Source: Candidatus Cloacimonadales bacterium
Lineage (GTDB): Bacteria; Cloacimonadota; Cloacimonadia; Cloacimonadales; JAFGVF01
Reading direction: 5' to 3'
DNA: 64,000 bases
Assembly (NCBI GenBank): GCA_963677495.2
Contig: CAXXOU010000001.1
Coordinates: forward strand, 480,001-544,000
A model generated the notes under the pieces. It made no database searches, was not told the DNA's origin, and worked only from the letters and a program-made list of their open reading frames with translations. The position numbers were made by a program, and so were the translations under genes. Positions 1 through 9,024 of this stretch are shown piece by piece. Every line of letters begins with the position of its first letter. The stretch's first letter is position 1.

Positions 1-218
1 AAAACAAAAGTAAACATATATTTTGCGCAATAAGTGAATAATTATTCAGTCCCTTCTTACCCTCTTGGAATGCACGTCAATCGAATATATCGAGTATAAT
101 TACTGATATGAAATGTTTTATATGAAAGAAACAATACCTTGACAAATAATTTGCTAAAGTGCTTTATTTCTGCATCTTATAATAAACTAAATGCACCGAA
201 TATAATGCAGGAGGATAA

Positions 219-713
219 ATGAAAAGAATAAAATCGGGAATAATACTATTCCTATTACTCTTTCTTTTCTGGGTACTTTTAGCAGGAACAGGACGCAATG
301 AAATAATCGTAGGTGGATTGATATCTGCCGTATTATCGTTACTATTTTCACCAAGAGTTAGCAAAATGGGTTGCCTAAAACTTAACCCCAAAGCTATCTT
401 TTTCATGTTCCTCTATATCCTAGTCTTTTTTAGAGAGCTTATTAAAAGCACTTTCGATGTAGCACGGAGAGTTATTTCCAAGAACCTACCAATTAATCCC
501 GGAATTGTAAAAGTCAAAACCAAGTTAAGTTGTCCAGTGGGCAGAACCATCTTAGCTAACTCAATTACTTTAACTCCCGGAACCATGACAGTAGAAACCA
601 AAGGGGAATATTTCTATATTCATTGGATTGATATTCAAAGTGACAATATTCAAGAGGCAACAGAATCAATAGTTTCAACTTTTGAGAAATACTTGGAGGT
701 GATCTTTGAATAA
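219..713 (+). CDS. mnhE: Na+/H+ antiporter subunit E (MbxA/MbhA-like)
   Basis: Hydrophobic N-terminus, PGIVKVKT and LANSITLTPGT signature of MnhE; AGGAGG RBS; first gene of operon. Confidence 0.93.
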   Translation: MKRIKSGIILFLLLFLFWVLLAGTGRNEIIVGGLISAVLSLLFSPRVSKMGCLKLNPKAIFFMFLYILVFFRELIKSTFDVARRVISKNLPINPGIVKVKTKLSCPVGRTILANSITLTPGTMTVETKGEYFYIHWIDIQSDNIQEATESIVSTFEKYLEVIFE

Positions 714-975
714 CATAGCATTTCTAATTTTTCAGATAGCTTTCATGATTGTGGGATTAGCTTTAGTTTTTGCCTTTATCCGCTTGATTAAAGGACCCAC
801 TTCTGCAGATCGAGTCGTTGCTTTAGACGCAATGACTATTTCGGGTATATCACTAATCGTGTTTATAGCATTAAATGCAAATAGAATCATCTACTTAGAT
901 GTGGCGATGGTTTATGCCCTAATCAGTTTTTTAGGTGTTATCGCAGTAGCACGTTACTTGGAAGGGGGATTATAA
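706..975 (+). CDS. mnhF: Antiporter subunit F (MbxB-like)
   Basis: RLIKGPTSADRVVALD motif; TTG start after GGAGGT; overlaps previous stop. Confidence 0.92.
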   Translation: MNNIAFLIFQIAFMIVGLALVFAFIRLIKGPTSADRVVALDAMTISGISLIVFIALNANRIIYLDVAMVYALISFLGVIAVARYLEGGL

Positions 976-1307
976 TGCAAATATTAGGGGCAATCATATC
1001 TCTCATTGGTTCAATATTTATCTTTCTTGGTGCCTTGGGTGTACTTAGGATGCCGGATGTCTATAACAGAATGCAGGCGGGAACAAAAGCAACAACCCTC
1101 GGGTCTATGTTAACCCTGCTTGGAATTGGGATAGCAATACCTAGTTGGTTAGGAAGAATTGTTATACTTATAGTTTTCATTCTCTTAACCAATCCTATCA
1201 GCTCCCATGTCTTGGCTAGAGCGGCTCATTTTACAGGGATAAAGCTTACCGATAAATCGATAAAAGATGACTTAAAAGATGATGAAGAAGGAGATAGTAA
1301 TGTATAG
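975..1307 (+). CDS. mnhG: Antiporter subunit G (MbxC-like)
   Basis: RMPDVYNRMQAGTKATTLG and NPISSHVLARA motifs. Confidence 0.93.
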   Translation: MQILGAIISLIGSIFIFLGALGVLRMPDVYNRMQAGTKATTLGSMLTLLGIGIAIPSWLGRIVILIVFILLTNPISSHVLARAAHFTGIKLTDKSIKDDLKDDEEGDSNV

Positions 1308-1554
1308 CACAATCATTATTATAATCCTGTCGGTTGTGAGTGTTTGGGCGGCTATCTATGCTGTATTAGCAAGGAAACTTATAAATGCAGTTATAGCAAC
1401 CGGCGTAATAAGTTTAAATGCTTCAATCATCTTCCTTTTCTTAGCATCTCCTGATGTTGCGATGACAGAAGCATCAATAGGCTCAGCCTTAACAACAGTT
1501 GTGTTTCTTTATGCACTTAAGCAGATAAAGAAGTTCGATAAGGGGGAAAAATGA
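1300..1554 (+). CDS. MbxD/MbhD-like small membrane subunit (DUF4040-type)
   Basis: SPDVAMTEASIGSAL motif; start moved to ATG 1300, which follows an AGGAGA RBS (ORF track gives 1279). Confidence 0.85.
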   Translation: MYSTIIIIILSVVSVWAAIYAVLARKLINAVIATGVISLNASIIFLFLASPDVAMTEASIGSALTTVVFLYALKQIKKFDKGEK

Positions 1555-2240
1555 TTCGCTATATATTGATTATACTTGTCCTTATTGGATTTGGTTTAAT
1601 CTTCTATCCCTTAGCTACAGCTAACAACTCAGAGATGAGCATGCTCTCACAGGAGTATGTAGTTAAAAGTGCCTCTGATCTTAATATACCCAATGTTGTA
1701 ACAGCTATTGTGGTAACCTTTCGAGGTTTAGACACACTTGGAGAAGTAACAGTTCTGTTTCTTGCCACAGCAGGAGTTGGTTTCTTACTAAAGAAGAAGG
1801 AGAAGAAGGACTGTATGAAAAGGGATGGTTCGGAGATTATCAAGACAGCATCAGGAATTCTTACTCCAACGATAATCCTGTTTGGGATTTATATTTTTGC
1901 ACATGGACATCTAACTCCCGGAGGAGGTTTCCAGGGTGGGGTTGTCATAGCATCAGCTTTCCTCTTGCTAATTATGGCTTTTGCAAACTTTAAGATGTCT
2001 CATCTTCTTATACACATAACAGAATCGCTATCAGGTCTTACGTACGTACTGATAGGTATTGCCGGGATAGCATTGCTTGGTGTGAATCACTTTCTTGATC
2101 CATTATGGTTAAAACCCGGAACTTGGGGCGACTTGATCTCCGGTAGTGCAATCCCAATAATATACAGTTTGATCGGTATAAAAGTTGGAGCAGAGATGTC
2201 CAGTTTACTGGATTCTCTCAAAATGGAGGTGGATGAATGA
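1551..2240 (+). CDS. mnhB: MnhB-domain subunit (MbxE+MbxF-like)
   Basis: NVVTAIVVTFRGLDTLGE and HGHLTPGGGFQGG motifs. Confidence 0.92.
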   Translation: MIRYILIILVLIGFGLIFYPLATANNSEMSMLSQEYVVKSASDLNIPNVVTAIVVTFRGLDTLGEVTVLFLATAGVGFLLKKKEKKDCMKRDGSEIIKTASGILTPTIILFGIYIFAHGHLTPGGGFQGGVVIASAFLLLIMAFANFKMSHLLIHITESLSGLTYVLIGIAGIALLGVNHFLDPLWLKPGTWGDLISGSAIPIIYSLIGIKVGAEMSSLLDSLKMEVDE

Positions 2241-2608
2241 TAGTTTCAATACTTGGTTTTATCCTCATTCTTATAGGCATCTGGGCTATGCTGACCAGAA
2301 AGAATATCATTAAAATTATTATTGGTTTTGCTATCGCTGATACAGGTGTAAATATCGTGATCGTGGCTTTGGGTTATCTTAAGAGTAAAACAGCTCCAAT
2401 AATTGATAGTGCTGTCAGTGGTAACAGTGGATTATCAGCAGGTGTAGAAGCTGTTGGTCAGGTTGTTGATCCAATCCCTAGTGCTTTAGTTCTTACTGCG
2501 ATTGTGATAGGATTAGCTGTTACAGCGTTGATGTTAGCGTATGCAGTAAGATTATACAAAGTTAGTGGAACCTTGGAAATCGATAAGTTTAAGGAGCAAA
2601 AATGGTAA
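2237..2608 (+). CDS. mnhC: Antiporter subunit C / NuoK-like (MbxG)
   Basis: NIIKIIIG and DPIPSALVLTAIVIG motifs. Confidence 0.93.
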   Translation: MIVSILGFILILIGIWAMLTRKNIIKIIIGFAIADTGVNIVIVALGYLKSKTAPIIDSAVSGNSGLSAGVEAVGQVVDPIPSALVLTAIVIGLAVTALMLAYAVRLYKVSGTLEIDKFKEQKW

Positions 2609-5600
2609 ATCCTATCTATTTAATAGCAATGTTCCTATTCTCAGCATTTTTGATTGCGCTTACTGATAAAGTAAACAGAAAGCTAAGCTTTGGTCTATTC
2701 TATCTTACTTTAACCGGAGGGATAGTTTTAACAATCTTTAGGTTCTTAGAATTGTCGGGAGCAAGTGATATCCAGAATGTTGTCTATACTGCCGGTTTCA
2801 AAGCTCCGCTTTCAATAGTTCTGAGCTTTGGGATTAAAGAAACTGTAATGTTGATGTTTATTAACCTTGCCGGTTTACTATCAGGAATCTATTTCTTCCA
2901 AGAGTTCAAAGATAATGTCTATCAACCTTTAGCGTTATTTATGCTTATCTTGTTGGGAGCAAATGGTCTCGTGATGACACGTGACATATTCAATACATTT
3001 GTATTCTTAGAGATAATATCTATAGCTACTTATGCACTCATTGGAGTTAAGGGAACCAAAGAATCTCTGGCAGCTGGTTTCAAATATATGATGGCAGGAG
3101 GGATCGCAAGTTTACTTCTTCTACTTGGTATTATTTTTGTGTATAAGTATACAGGAACCCTAAATCTGGACTATTGGATATCAGCTAATATTGAGATGAG
3201 CCAAGGTTATCAGATTGCAATCTTCATGTTGATAATGGCAGTGATTATTGAACTCAAGCCTTTCCCTGCGAATGGATGGGCACTTGATATCTATCAATCC
3301 ACTCATCCTGGAATGGGAGCTATAATCTCATCTATTAATACAGGTGCATTACTATTCCTACTCTACAAACTAATACCTGTGATTCCTGAGAATATGCTTA
3401 CACTTATCTCGATGACAGGTTTGTTCAGTTTTATATTATCTAATCTTGTCGCTTTGAGGCAAAATGATGCAGGTAGACTATTAGGTTACTCATCAACAGC
3501 CCAAACAGGCTTAATTATCTTCGTTTTGACCGGACTAACTAAGATGAATGTTCCGACTTATACCATTGAGATTATGGCGTTAGGCCTATTCGTTACCAAT
3601 CTGTTTGCCAAGACAGGACTTTTCTGGTTGAAAGGAGTAATTGGAACAGTAGATATCAAAAGATGGAGTGTCTTACGTGTAAATCCTTTCCTTCTGATTA
3701 TGTTCATTATCTTCGGGTTAGCACTAGCAGGACTTCCTCCTTTCCCTGCCTTTACAACAAAATGGGAGATTGTGAAAGCTTTGGCACAATCTCAAAGCTG
3801 GTGGCTTGTAACTTCCCTATTGATTGGTTCATTGCTGGAAGCTACCTACATTTTCCGTTGGTTTGGGTACACCCAGAAGGGTAGTCTTGTTAAGACATCA
3901 TTCAATGATGCTTTCTCAACTATAATACCAGTCGCAATATCAGGATTGATGATGTTCCTGTTTGCTCTGTTTACAGGAGTAGTGAACTATAAATGGGATA
4001 TGGTTACTCTATTGCCGATAGTTGCATTGTTAGTCTTTGCAATCTTAGACCCGTTACCATTGAAACTTAAGGGTTTCTTAGCGATAGCGATACTCGGTGT
4101 ATGGGCTTGGAAGGTTGTTTATCCTTCTCTATCCGGAATTGGTTACTTTTTCGGAATAATCTTAGTTGCCGGAAGTATCATACAGATATTTGGGTTTATA
4201 CATCACAAGCAAAACAGGCGTGGTTTATTCCCACTTCTTACAATGTTGATAGTAGCTTTAGGAAATCTATTGCTTGCTCACTCAAAGATGGATTTCTTCA
4301 TTGCTTGGGAAATGATGACCTTAGCAGGATACTTCATGATAATGCGAGGGGAAAAAGCTGAGAAACCGGGACTGAGATTCATGGTATTCTCACTAGCAGG
4401 AGCTTATGCAATTCTAACAGGATTGAATCTAATACCTGATACAGGATTAACTACACCTTTCTACCAACAGGTTTCTCATACAAGTATTGGACTTCTACCT
4501 GTTATCCTACTCGGCATAGGATTTCTTCTGAAGATGGGAGCTATTGGTGTTCATATCTGGTTACCCGGAGCATATGCAGAAGCTGAAGATGAGTTCACAG
4601 CTGTACTCTCATCAGTATTCTCAAAGACAGGTGTACTTGGTTTATTCTTTGTACTTGTAATGGGTAAAGATACTTTCCTTAAGAGCGTATATTTACCTCA
4701 TATCCTAAGTTGGATAGGTGTACTAACAGCTTTCTTCGGAGCTCTAATGGCTGTGTTCCAGGAAGATGTTAAGAAGCTTTTAGCCTACTCAAGTATGGGG
4801 CAGTTGGGATACATAATTCTTAGCTTTGCTACATTCTCGCATCTTGGCTGGACTGCTGCTCTCTATATGACAATGAATCATTTCCTTTTCAAGGTTCTAA
4901 TTCTTATGGCAATAGCCGGAGTTCTATATAGAACCAAGACACGCTGGATGTATGAGATGGGTGGGCTTATAAAGAAAATGCCTATCTCCTTCATTAGTGT
5001 CTTGATGGGGATTATTGCAGTTTCAGGTGTTCCGCCACTAAGTGGATATGGAGCTAAATGGCTGATATATACATCTTTGATTGCTAAGGGCTTTTACCTT
5101 CAAGCCGGTTTAGCTTTCTTCTCTGGTGCTGTATCTTTCCTTTACCTATACAAACTGATTCATACAGTTTTCTTAGGTCAAGCTAAGACAGCACATAAAG
5201 ATGTTAAAGAAGCTCCTATCTGGTTACTGATTCCTCAAGGAATTTTCATAATGTTAATTATGGGTATATCGATGTTCCCTAATATGATTACATTCCCAAT
5301 TTCAGGCATTGTAGATAGCTACATCGCAAGACCGGACTGGTTAACTTGGGATGGTTATAGCTTCACACTACAATCAGAGATTCTTTCAGGGAAGTGGGAT
5401 GGTAACACTGTAATGATGGTTACGATGGGTGTATTTATGCTTCCCCTACTATGGTTGCTTGCAATAAAAGGCAAGGTAAATAGAGTTAAGCAACTTAACA
5501 TTGTCTTCGCTGCTGAACGTCCTTTAAAACCTGAAACGACTCATTTTGCTCACAACATGTTTGCACCATACAACAAAGCCTTGGGATTCCTTGTTGATCC

Positions 5601-5751
5601 ACGTGCCACACAATTCTGGAACAGGATACGTGAAGGAGTGAATTCAATAGGAGCAATGTTTGCACACATATACACCGGTGATGGGCAAACATACTTATTA
5701 CATATTTTCCTATATATTTTGGGCCTGTATTTTCTTGGAGGTATAAGATAA
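2602..5751 (+). CDS. Fused double antiporter-like proton-translocating subunit (MbxH-MbxH' fusion; MnhD/NuoL-M-N family)
   Basis: Two successive modules: FVFLEIISIA...RLLGYSS...GLPPF and FFIAWEMM...HIWLPGAY...KKLLAYSS...GVPPL. Confidence 0.9.
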   Translation: MVNPIYLIAMFLFSAFLIALTDKVNRKLSFGLFYLTLTGGIVLTIFRFLELSGASDIQNVVYTAGFKAPLSIVLSFGIKETVMLMFINLAGLLSGIYFFQEFKDNVYQPLALFMLILLGANGLVMTRDIFNTFVFLEIISIATYALIGVKGTKESLAAGFKYMMAGGIASLLLLLGIIFVYKYTGTLNLDYWISANIEMSQGYQIAIFMLIMAVIIELKPFPANGWALDIYQSTHPGMGAIISSINTGALLFLLYKLIPVIPENMLTLISMTGLFSFILSNLVALRQNDAGRLLGYSSTAQTGLIIFVLTGLTKMNVPTYTIEIMALGLFVTNLFAKTGLFWLKGVIGTVDIKRWSVLRVNPFLLIMFIIFGLALAGLPPFPAFTTKWEIVKALAQSQSWWLVTSLLIGSLLEATYIFRWFGYTQKGSLVKTSFNDAFSTIIPVAISGLMMFLFALFTGVVNYKWDMVTLLPIVALLVFAILDPLPLKLKGFLAIAILGVWAWKVVYPSLSGIGYFFGIILVAGSIIQIFGFIHHKQNRRGLFPLLTMLIVALGNLLLAHSKMDFFIAWEMMTLAGYFMIMRGEKAEKPGLRFMVFSLAGAYAILTGLNLIPDTGLTTPFYQQVSHTSIGLLPVILLGIGFLLKMGAIGVHIWLPGAYAEAEDEFTAVLSSVFSKTGVLGLFFVLVMGKDTFLKSVYLPHILSWIGVLTAFFGALMAVFQEDVKKLLAYSSMGQLGYIILSFATFSHLGWTAALYMTMNHFLFKVLILMAIAGVLYRTKTRWMYEMGGLIKKMPISFISVLMGIIAVSGVPPLSGYGAKWLIYTSLIAKGFYLQAGLAFFSGAVSFLYLYKLIHTVFLGQAKTAHKDVKEAPIWLLIPQGIFIMLIMGISMFPNMITFPISGIVDSYIARPDWLTWDGYSFTLQSEILSGKWDGNTVMMVTMGVFMLPLLWLLAIKGKVNRVKQLNIVFAAERPLKPETTHFAHNMFAPYNKALGFLVDPRATQFWNRIREGVNSIGAMFAHIYTGDGQTYLLHIFLYILGLYFLGGIR

Positions 5752-6662
5752 TGCAAGAACTAATGATAAAAATACTATATGCGTTTATTTCGCTAACTGT
5801 CGTTACTATCTGGGGTTTAACCCTTGGTGGAATGGTAAGAAAGATATATGCTCGAGTTCAGGGACGTATAGGTCCTCCTGTATGGCAACCATTCATTGAT
5901 ATTCTTAAGAACTATAGTGTCAGAACAGGTATTAACCATGGGATTATGTTCTACCTCGGTCCAGTCTTCAGAATCGCCGGAGGTATTGGAACATACATGT
6001 TCATACCGGTTATCTTTGAATCAGTCGTATTCTCAAACTTCTCTATAGCCGGTGACTTGCTTCTGGTTATGTACTTCATATTCTTTGGACAGCTCGGAAT
6101 GGCTCTGGGTGCCGGAGAAGGTGGACATCCATACTCATCTGTTGGTGTCAGTAGAGGTTTGGCTCAAATGACAGCCTTTGAGGTTCCTTTTGCTATATCG
6201 GTGATTAGTATTGCTATACAGTATCAAACTCTCAACATAACTTCGATAGTTGCTGCTCAGCAAGGTAGTATGTTAAACTGGACAATGATGACAAACCCCT
6301 TTGCTGTAATAGCTGCAATGATTTCCATGTTGGGAATGAATATGCATAATCCATTCTCAATTGTGATTGCACCGCAAGAGATACCGATGGGACCGCCTAC
6401 CGAATATCAAGGTGGATTCCTTAGTTTCCTTGCAACGAACAGAGGTATCTTCGCCGGGGCTAAGCTTGTCCTATTCATGAACCTATACTTTGGTGGTGCA
6501 ACTAACTTGTTCTCACTTATGATAAAGACTTTTACAATCTACATGTTTAGCGTAATCGTTGGTTCATCCTTCCCACGCTTTAAGACAGAGGATTCAATTA
6601 AATTTTTCCTCACTATTCCAACAGCTATAGCCTTATTGGGCTTGCTATATATCTATTTATAG
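5751..6662 (+). CDS. nuoH: NuoH-like membrane subunit (MbxM)
   Basis: RKIYARVQGRIGPPVWQPFIDILK and PRFK motifs. Confidence 0.92.
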   Translation: MQELMIKILYAFISLTVVTIWGLTLGGMVRKIYARVQGRIGPPVWQPFIDILKNYSVRTGINHGIMFYLGPVFRIAGGIGTYMFIPVIFESVVFSNFSIAGDLLLVMYFIFFGQLGMALGAGEGGHPYSSVGVSRGLAQMTAFEVPFAISVISIAIQYQTLNITSIVAAQQGSMLNWTMMTNPFAVIAAMISMLGMNMHNPFSIVIAPQEIPMGPPTEYQGGFLSFLATNRGIFAGAKLVLFMNLYFGGATNLFSLMIKTFTIYMFSVIVGSSFPRFKTEDSIKFFLTIPTAIALLGLLYIYL

Positions 6663-6670
6663 GAGTGATA

Positions 6671-7333
6671 ATGACTGATAAAGATAAAAAAGCTCCATTT
6701 AAAGACAATTGGACAGTTGACGATAAGACCTTGGCTAATGCTGATCTCCCTCAAGAGGAAAGAGATTGGTTTAGTGATGAGCGCCCACAACCCGTTAAAC
6801 CTGCATCATGGGGGCCGATGGAGAAGTTCCTTAACTGGGCAAGAGCAAATAGCCTTTGGTTACTTGCTTTTGGTACCGGTTGCGGAGCTGTAGAGCTTCG
6901 TCCTCTTCTCACTGCCAGATATGACATATCCCGACTTGGTATGGCTCCGAGACCTACACCAAGGCAATCATCAGTATTTATGATTGGTGGATATGTATCT
7001 ATTAAAACTCTTAAAAGGGTTATTAGAAGTTATGAACAGATGCAAGGTCCAAAGTTTGTAGTAGCAGTTTGTTCCTGTGCCATAAACGGAGGAATGTATT
7101 GGGATTCATATAACACAGTGAAGAGAATTGATCAATATATCCCTGTTGATGTATATGTTACAGGCTGTATGCCAAGACCTGAAGCTGTATTAGCGGGATT
7201 TGAGAAGCTTAAGAAGCTTATCATTGAAGGTAAAGCTGAAGGACAGAATCAATATGCTGAGAAGTTTGATTGGTATAAAGCTAATCAGAAACGTGTTATT
7301 AAAGACTGGAACATGCCAGATTACAACTGGTAG
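6671..7333 (+). CDS. nuoB: NuoB-like Fe-S subunit (MbxJ)
   Basis: FGTGCGAVE, CSCAINGG, IPVDVYVTGCMPRPE; ATG 6671 follows AGGAG. Confidence 0.93.
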   Translation: MTDKDKKAPFKDNWTVDDKTLANADLPQEERDWFSDERPQPVKPASWGPMEKFLNWARANSLWLLAFGTGCGAVELRPLLTARYDISRLGMAPRPTPRQSSVFMIGGYVSIKTLKRVIRSYEQMQGPKFVVAVCSCAINGGMYWDSYNTVKRIDQYIPVDVYVTGCMPRPEAVLAGFEKLKKLIIEGKAEGQNQYAEKFDWYKANQKRVIKDWNMPDYNW

Positions 7334-7339
7334 GTTAAT

Positions 7340-7864
7340 ATGCAAGCAATTATTGAAAAACTACAAAACCGATACAGCCTTTCAGATATTGTTGAGCAAA
7401 GGGCTAATCTTACCTTTGTAACAGTAAAGCAAACTGATGCTGTTTCCATTATAACACATCTTAGAGATATTGAAGGATTCACACATATTGTCCTGATGAC
7501 AGCTGTTGATAGGATTGAAGAGAATAAGTTCCAAATTACCTATCTTCTACATAATTATGATCTACATTCGGACTTAGGTATCAGAGTTCTGATAGACAGA
7601 GACAATCCCGAGATGGAATCCATACATCACCTTTGGAAACATACACGAGTTTTCCAACGCGAGCTACATGAGATGTTCGGAATCAACTTCCCCGGAAGCC
7701 CTGATGTAGATGTCCCAATGTTACTTGAAGGCTGGGATGGACCTCCCCCTATGAGAAGAGATTTTGATACTAAGAAGTATTCAGAAGAGAAGTTTGACCA
7801 CCGACCAAGAAACCATGTCGAACCTGAAAAGCAGTTCAGGCAAGAGATGTACCCGGAGGACTAA
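7340..7864 (+). CDS. nuoC: NuoC-like subunit (MbxK)
   Basis: QRELHEMFGINFPGSP...PPMRRDF motif. Confidence 0.92.
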   Translation: MQAIIEKLQNRYSLSDIVEQRANLTFVTVKQTDAVSIITHLRDIEGFTHIVLMTAVDRIEENKFQITYLLHNYDLHSDLGIRVLIDRDNPEMESIHHLWKHTRVFQRELHEMFGINFPGSPDVDVPMLLEGWDGPPPMRRDFDTKKYSEEKFDHRPRNHVEPEKQFRQEMYPED

Positions 7865-9021
7865 TGAAAGATTTATACCCACCAATTGTAGATGGTAAAT
7901 CCGTTTATGACTTAGATAGTCAGAAGTTTTTAAAGATGTGGCAAGGTCCACAACATCCGGGTGTAACAGGAAACATGAGCTTAGAGCTGGATATCAGTGG
8001 TGATCAGATAGTTAAGTGTACTACTCATGTTGGTTACCTGCATCGTGGTTTCGAGAAGCTGATGGAACGTAGACGCTATATTAACTGCTTCCCGATTGTA
8101 TGTCGGATATGTGTTCCGGAACCGGATACTAACGAATATCTCTTCGCAGCTGCAACAGAGGAGCTTCTGGGAATCGAGATTCCTGAAAAAGCTAAATGGC
8201 TTAGAACTCTTGATCTTGAACTTTCCAGATTAGTTAGTTTCCTCATGTGGATAGGTGGACAAAGTGGTTCATTTGGTTCAGGAACTGTATCCCAATGGGC
8301 TGTTGCTCATCGTGACTATGTACTTGATCTGTTTGAAGAATTATCAGGTGCCAGAATCTATCACATGTATATTATCCCAGGTGGTGTACGTGGTGACCTT
8401 CCAACGGGATGGATTGAGCATACAGAAGCTGTTCTACGTAAAGTAGAGAAGCTCCTCGATGAGATTCATTATGTTCTCTTTAACAATGCTGTCTTTAAAT
8501 CCAGAGCTGTTGGCTTGGGAGTTATCACACCGGATATGGTTGATAAATATGGTATAGTCGGACCTAATGCCAGAGGGAGTGGTGTCAAGCGAGATGTAAG
8601 AAAAGACACACCATATCTGGTTTATGATAAATTAGATTTTGATGTAATCACAGAAGATGGTGGTGATGCTTATGCCAGAGCATTAGTACGATGGCGCGAG
8701 ATGTATCAATCAATAGATTTGATAAGACAGATTCTTACTAAAATGCCTGTTGAGGGTGAAATATATACTACATTACCGAATGTTCTTCACCTTAAAGTAC
8801 CGGCAGGTGAAACCTATGTACGTGCTGAGTCCACACGTGGAGAGTATGGTTACTATATGGTTTCTGATGGCACAGCATTCCCTCGTAAGGTGACTGTTCG
8901 TGGTCCATCATATTCGCATGCAATGGCACTATTGGAAGATTTAGCAGTTGGTGGAAACATAGCTGACACTCACGGATTAATGATGTCACTTCACACATAC
9001 CCACCAGAGATAGAGAGGTAG
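7864..9021 (+). CDS. nuoD: NuoD-like catalytic subunit (MbxL/MbsL type, no complete NiFe ligand set)
   Basis: GPQHPG, GYLHRGFEK, RICVPEPD, ESTRGE; C-terminus SLHTYPPEIER. Confidence 0.92.
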   Translation: MKDLYPPIVDGKSVYDLDSQKFLKMWQGPQHPGVTGNMSLELDISGDQIVKCTTHVGYLHRGFEKLMERRRYINCFPIVCRICVPEPDTNEYLFAAATEELLGIEIPEKAKWLRTLDLELSRLVSFLMWIGGQSGSFGSGTVSQWAVAHRDYVLDLFEELSGARIYHMYIIPGGVRGDLPTGWIEHTEAVLRKVEKLLDEIHYVLFNNAVFKSRAVGLGVITPDMVDKYGIVGPNARGSGVKRDVRKDTPYLVYDKLDFDVITEDGGDAYARALVRWREMYQSIDLIRQILTKMPVEGEIYTTLPNVLHLKVPAGETYVRAESTRGEYGYYMVSDGTAFPRKVTVRGPSYSHAMALLEDLAVGGNIADTHGLMMSLHTYPPEIER

Positions 9022-9024
9022 ATT

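Noticed and set aside
139..168. Sigma70 promoter for the Mbx operon (also TTGACA at 44346)
   Set aside because: Perfect -35 but no good -10 at 16-18 bp spacing; too weak to call
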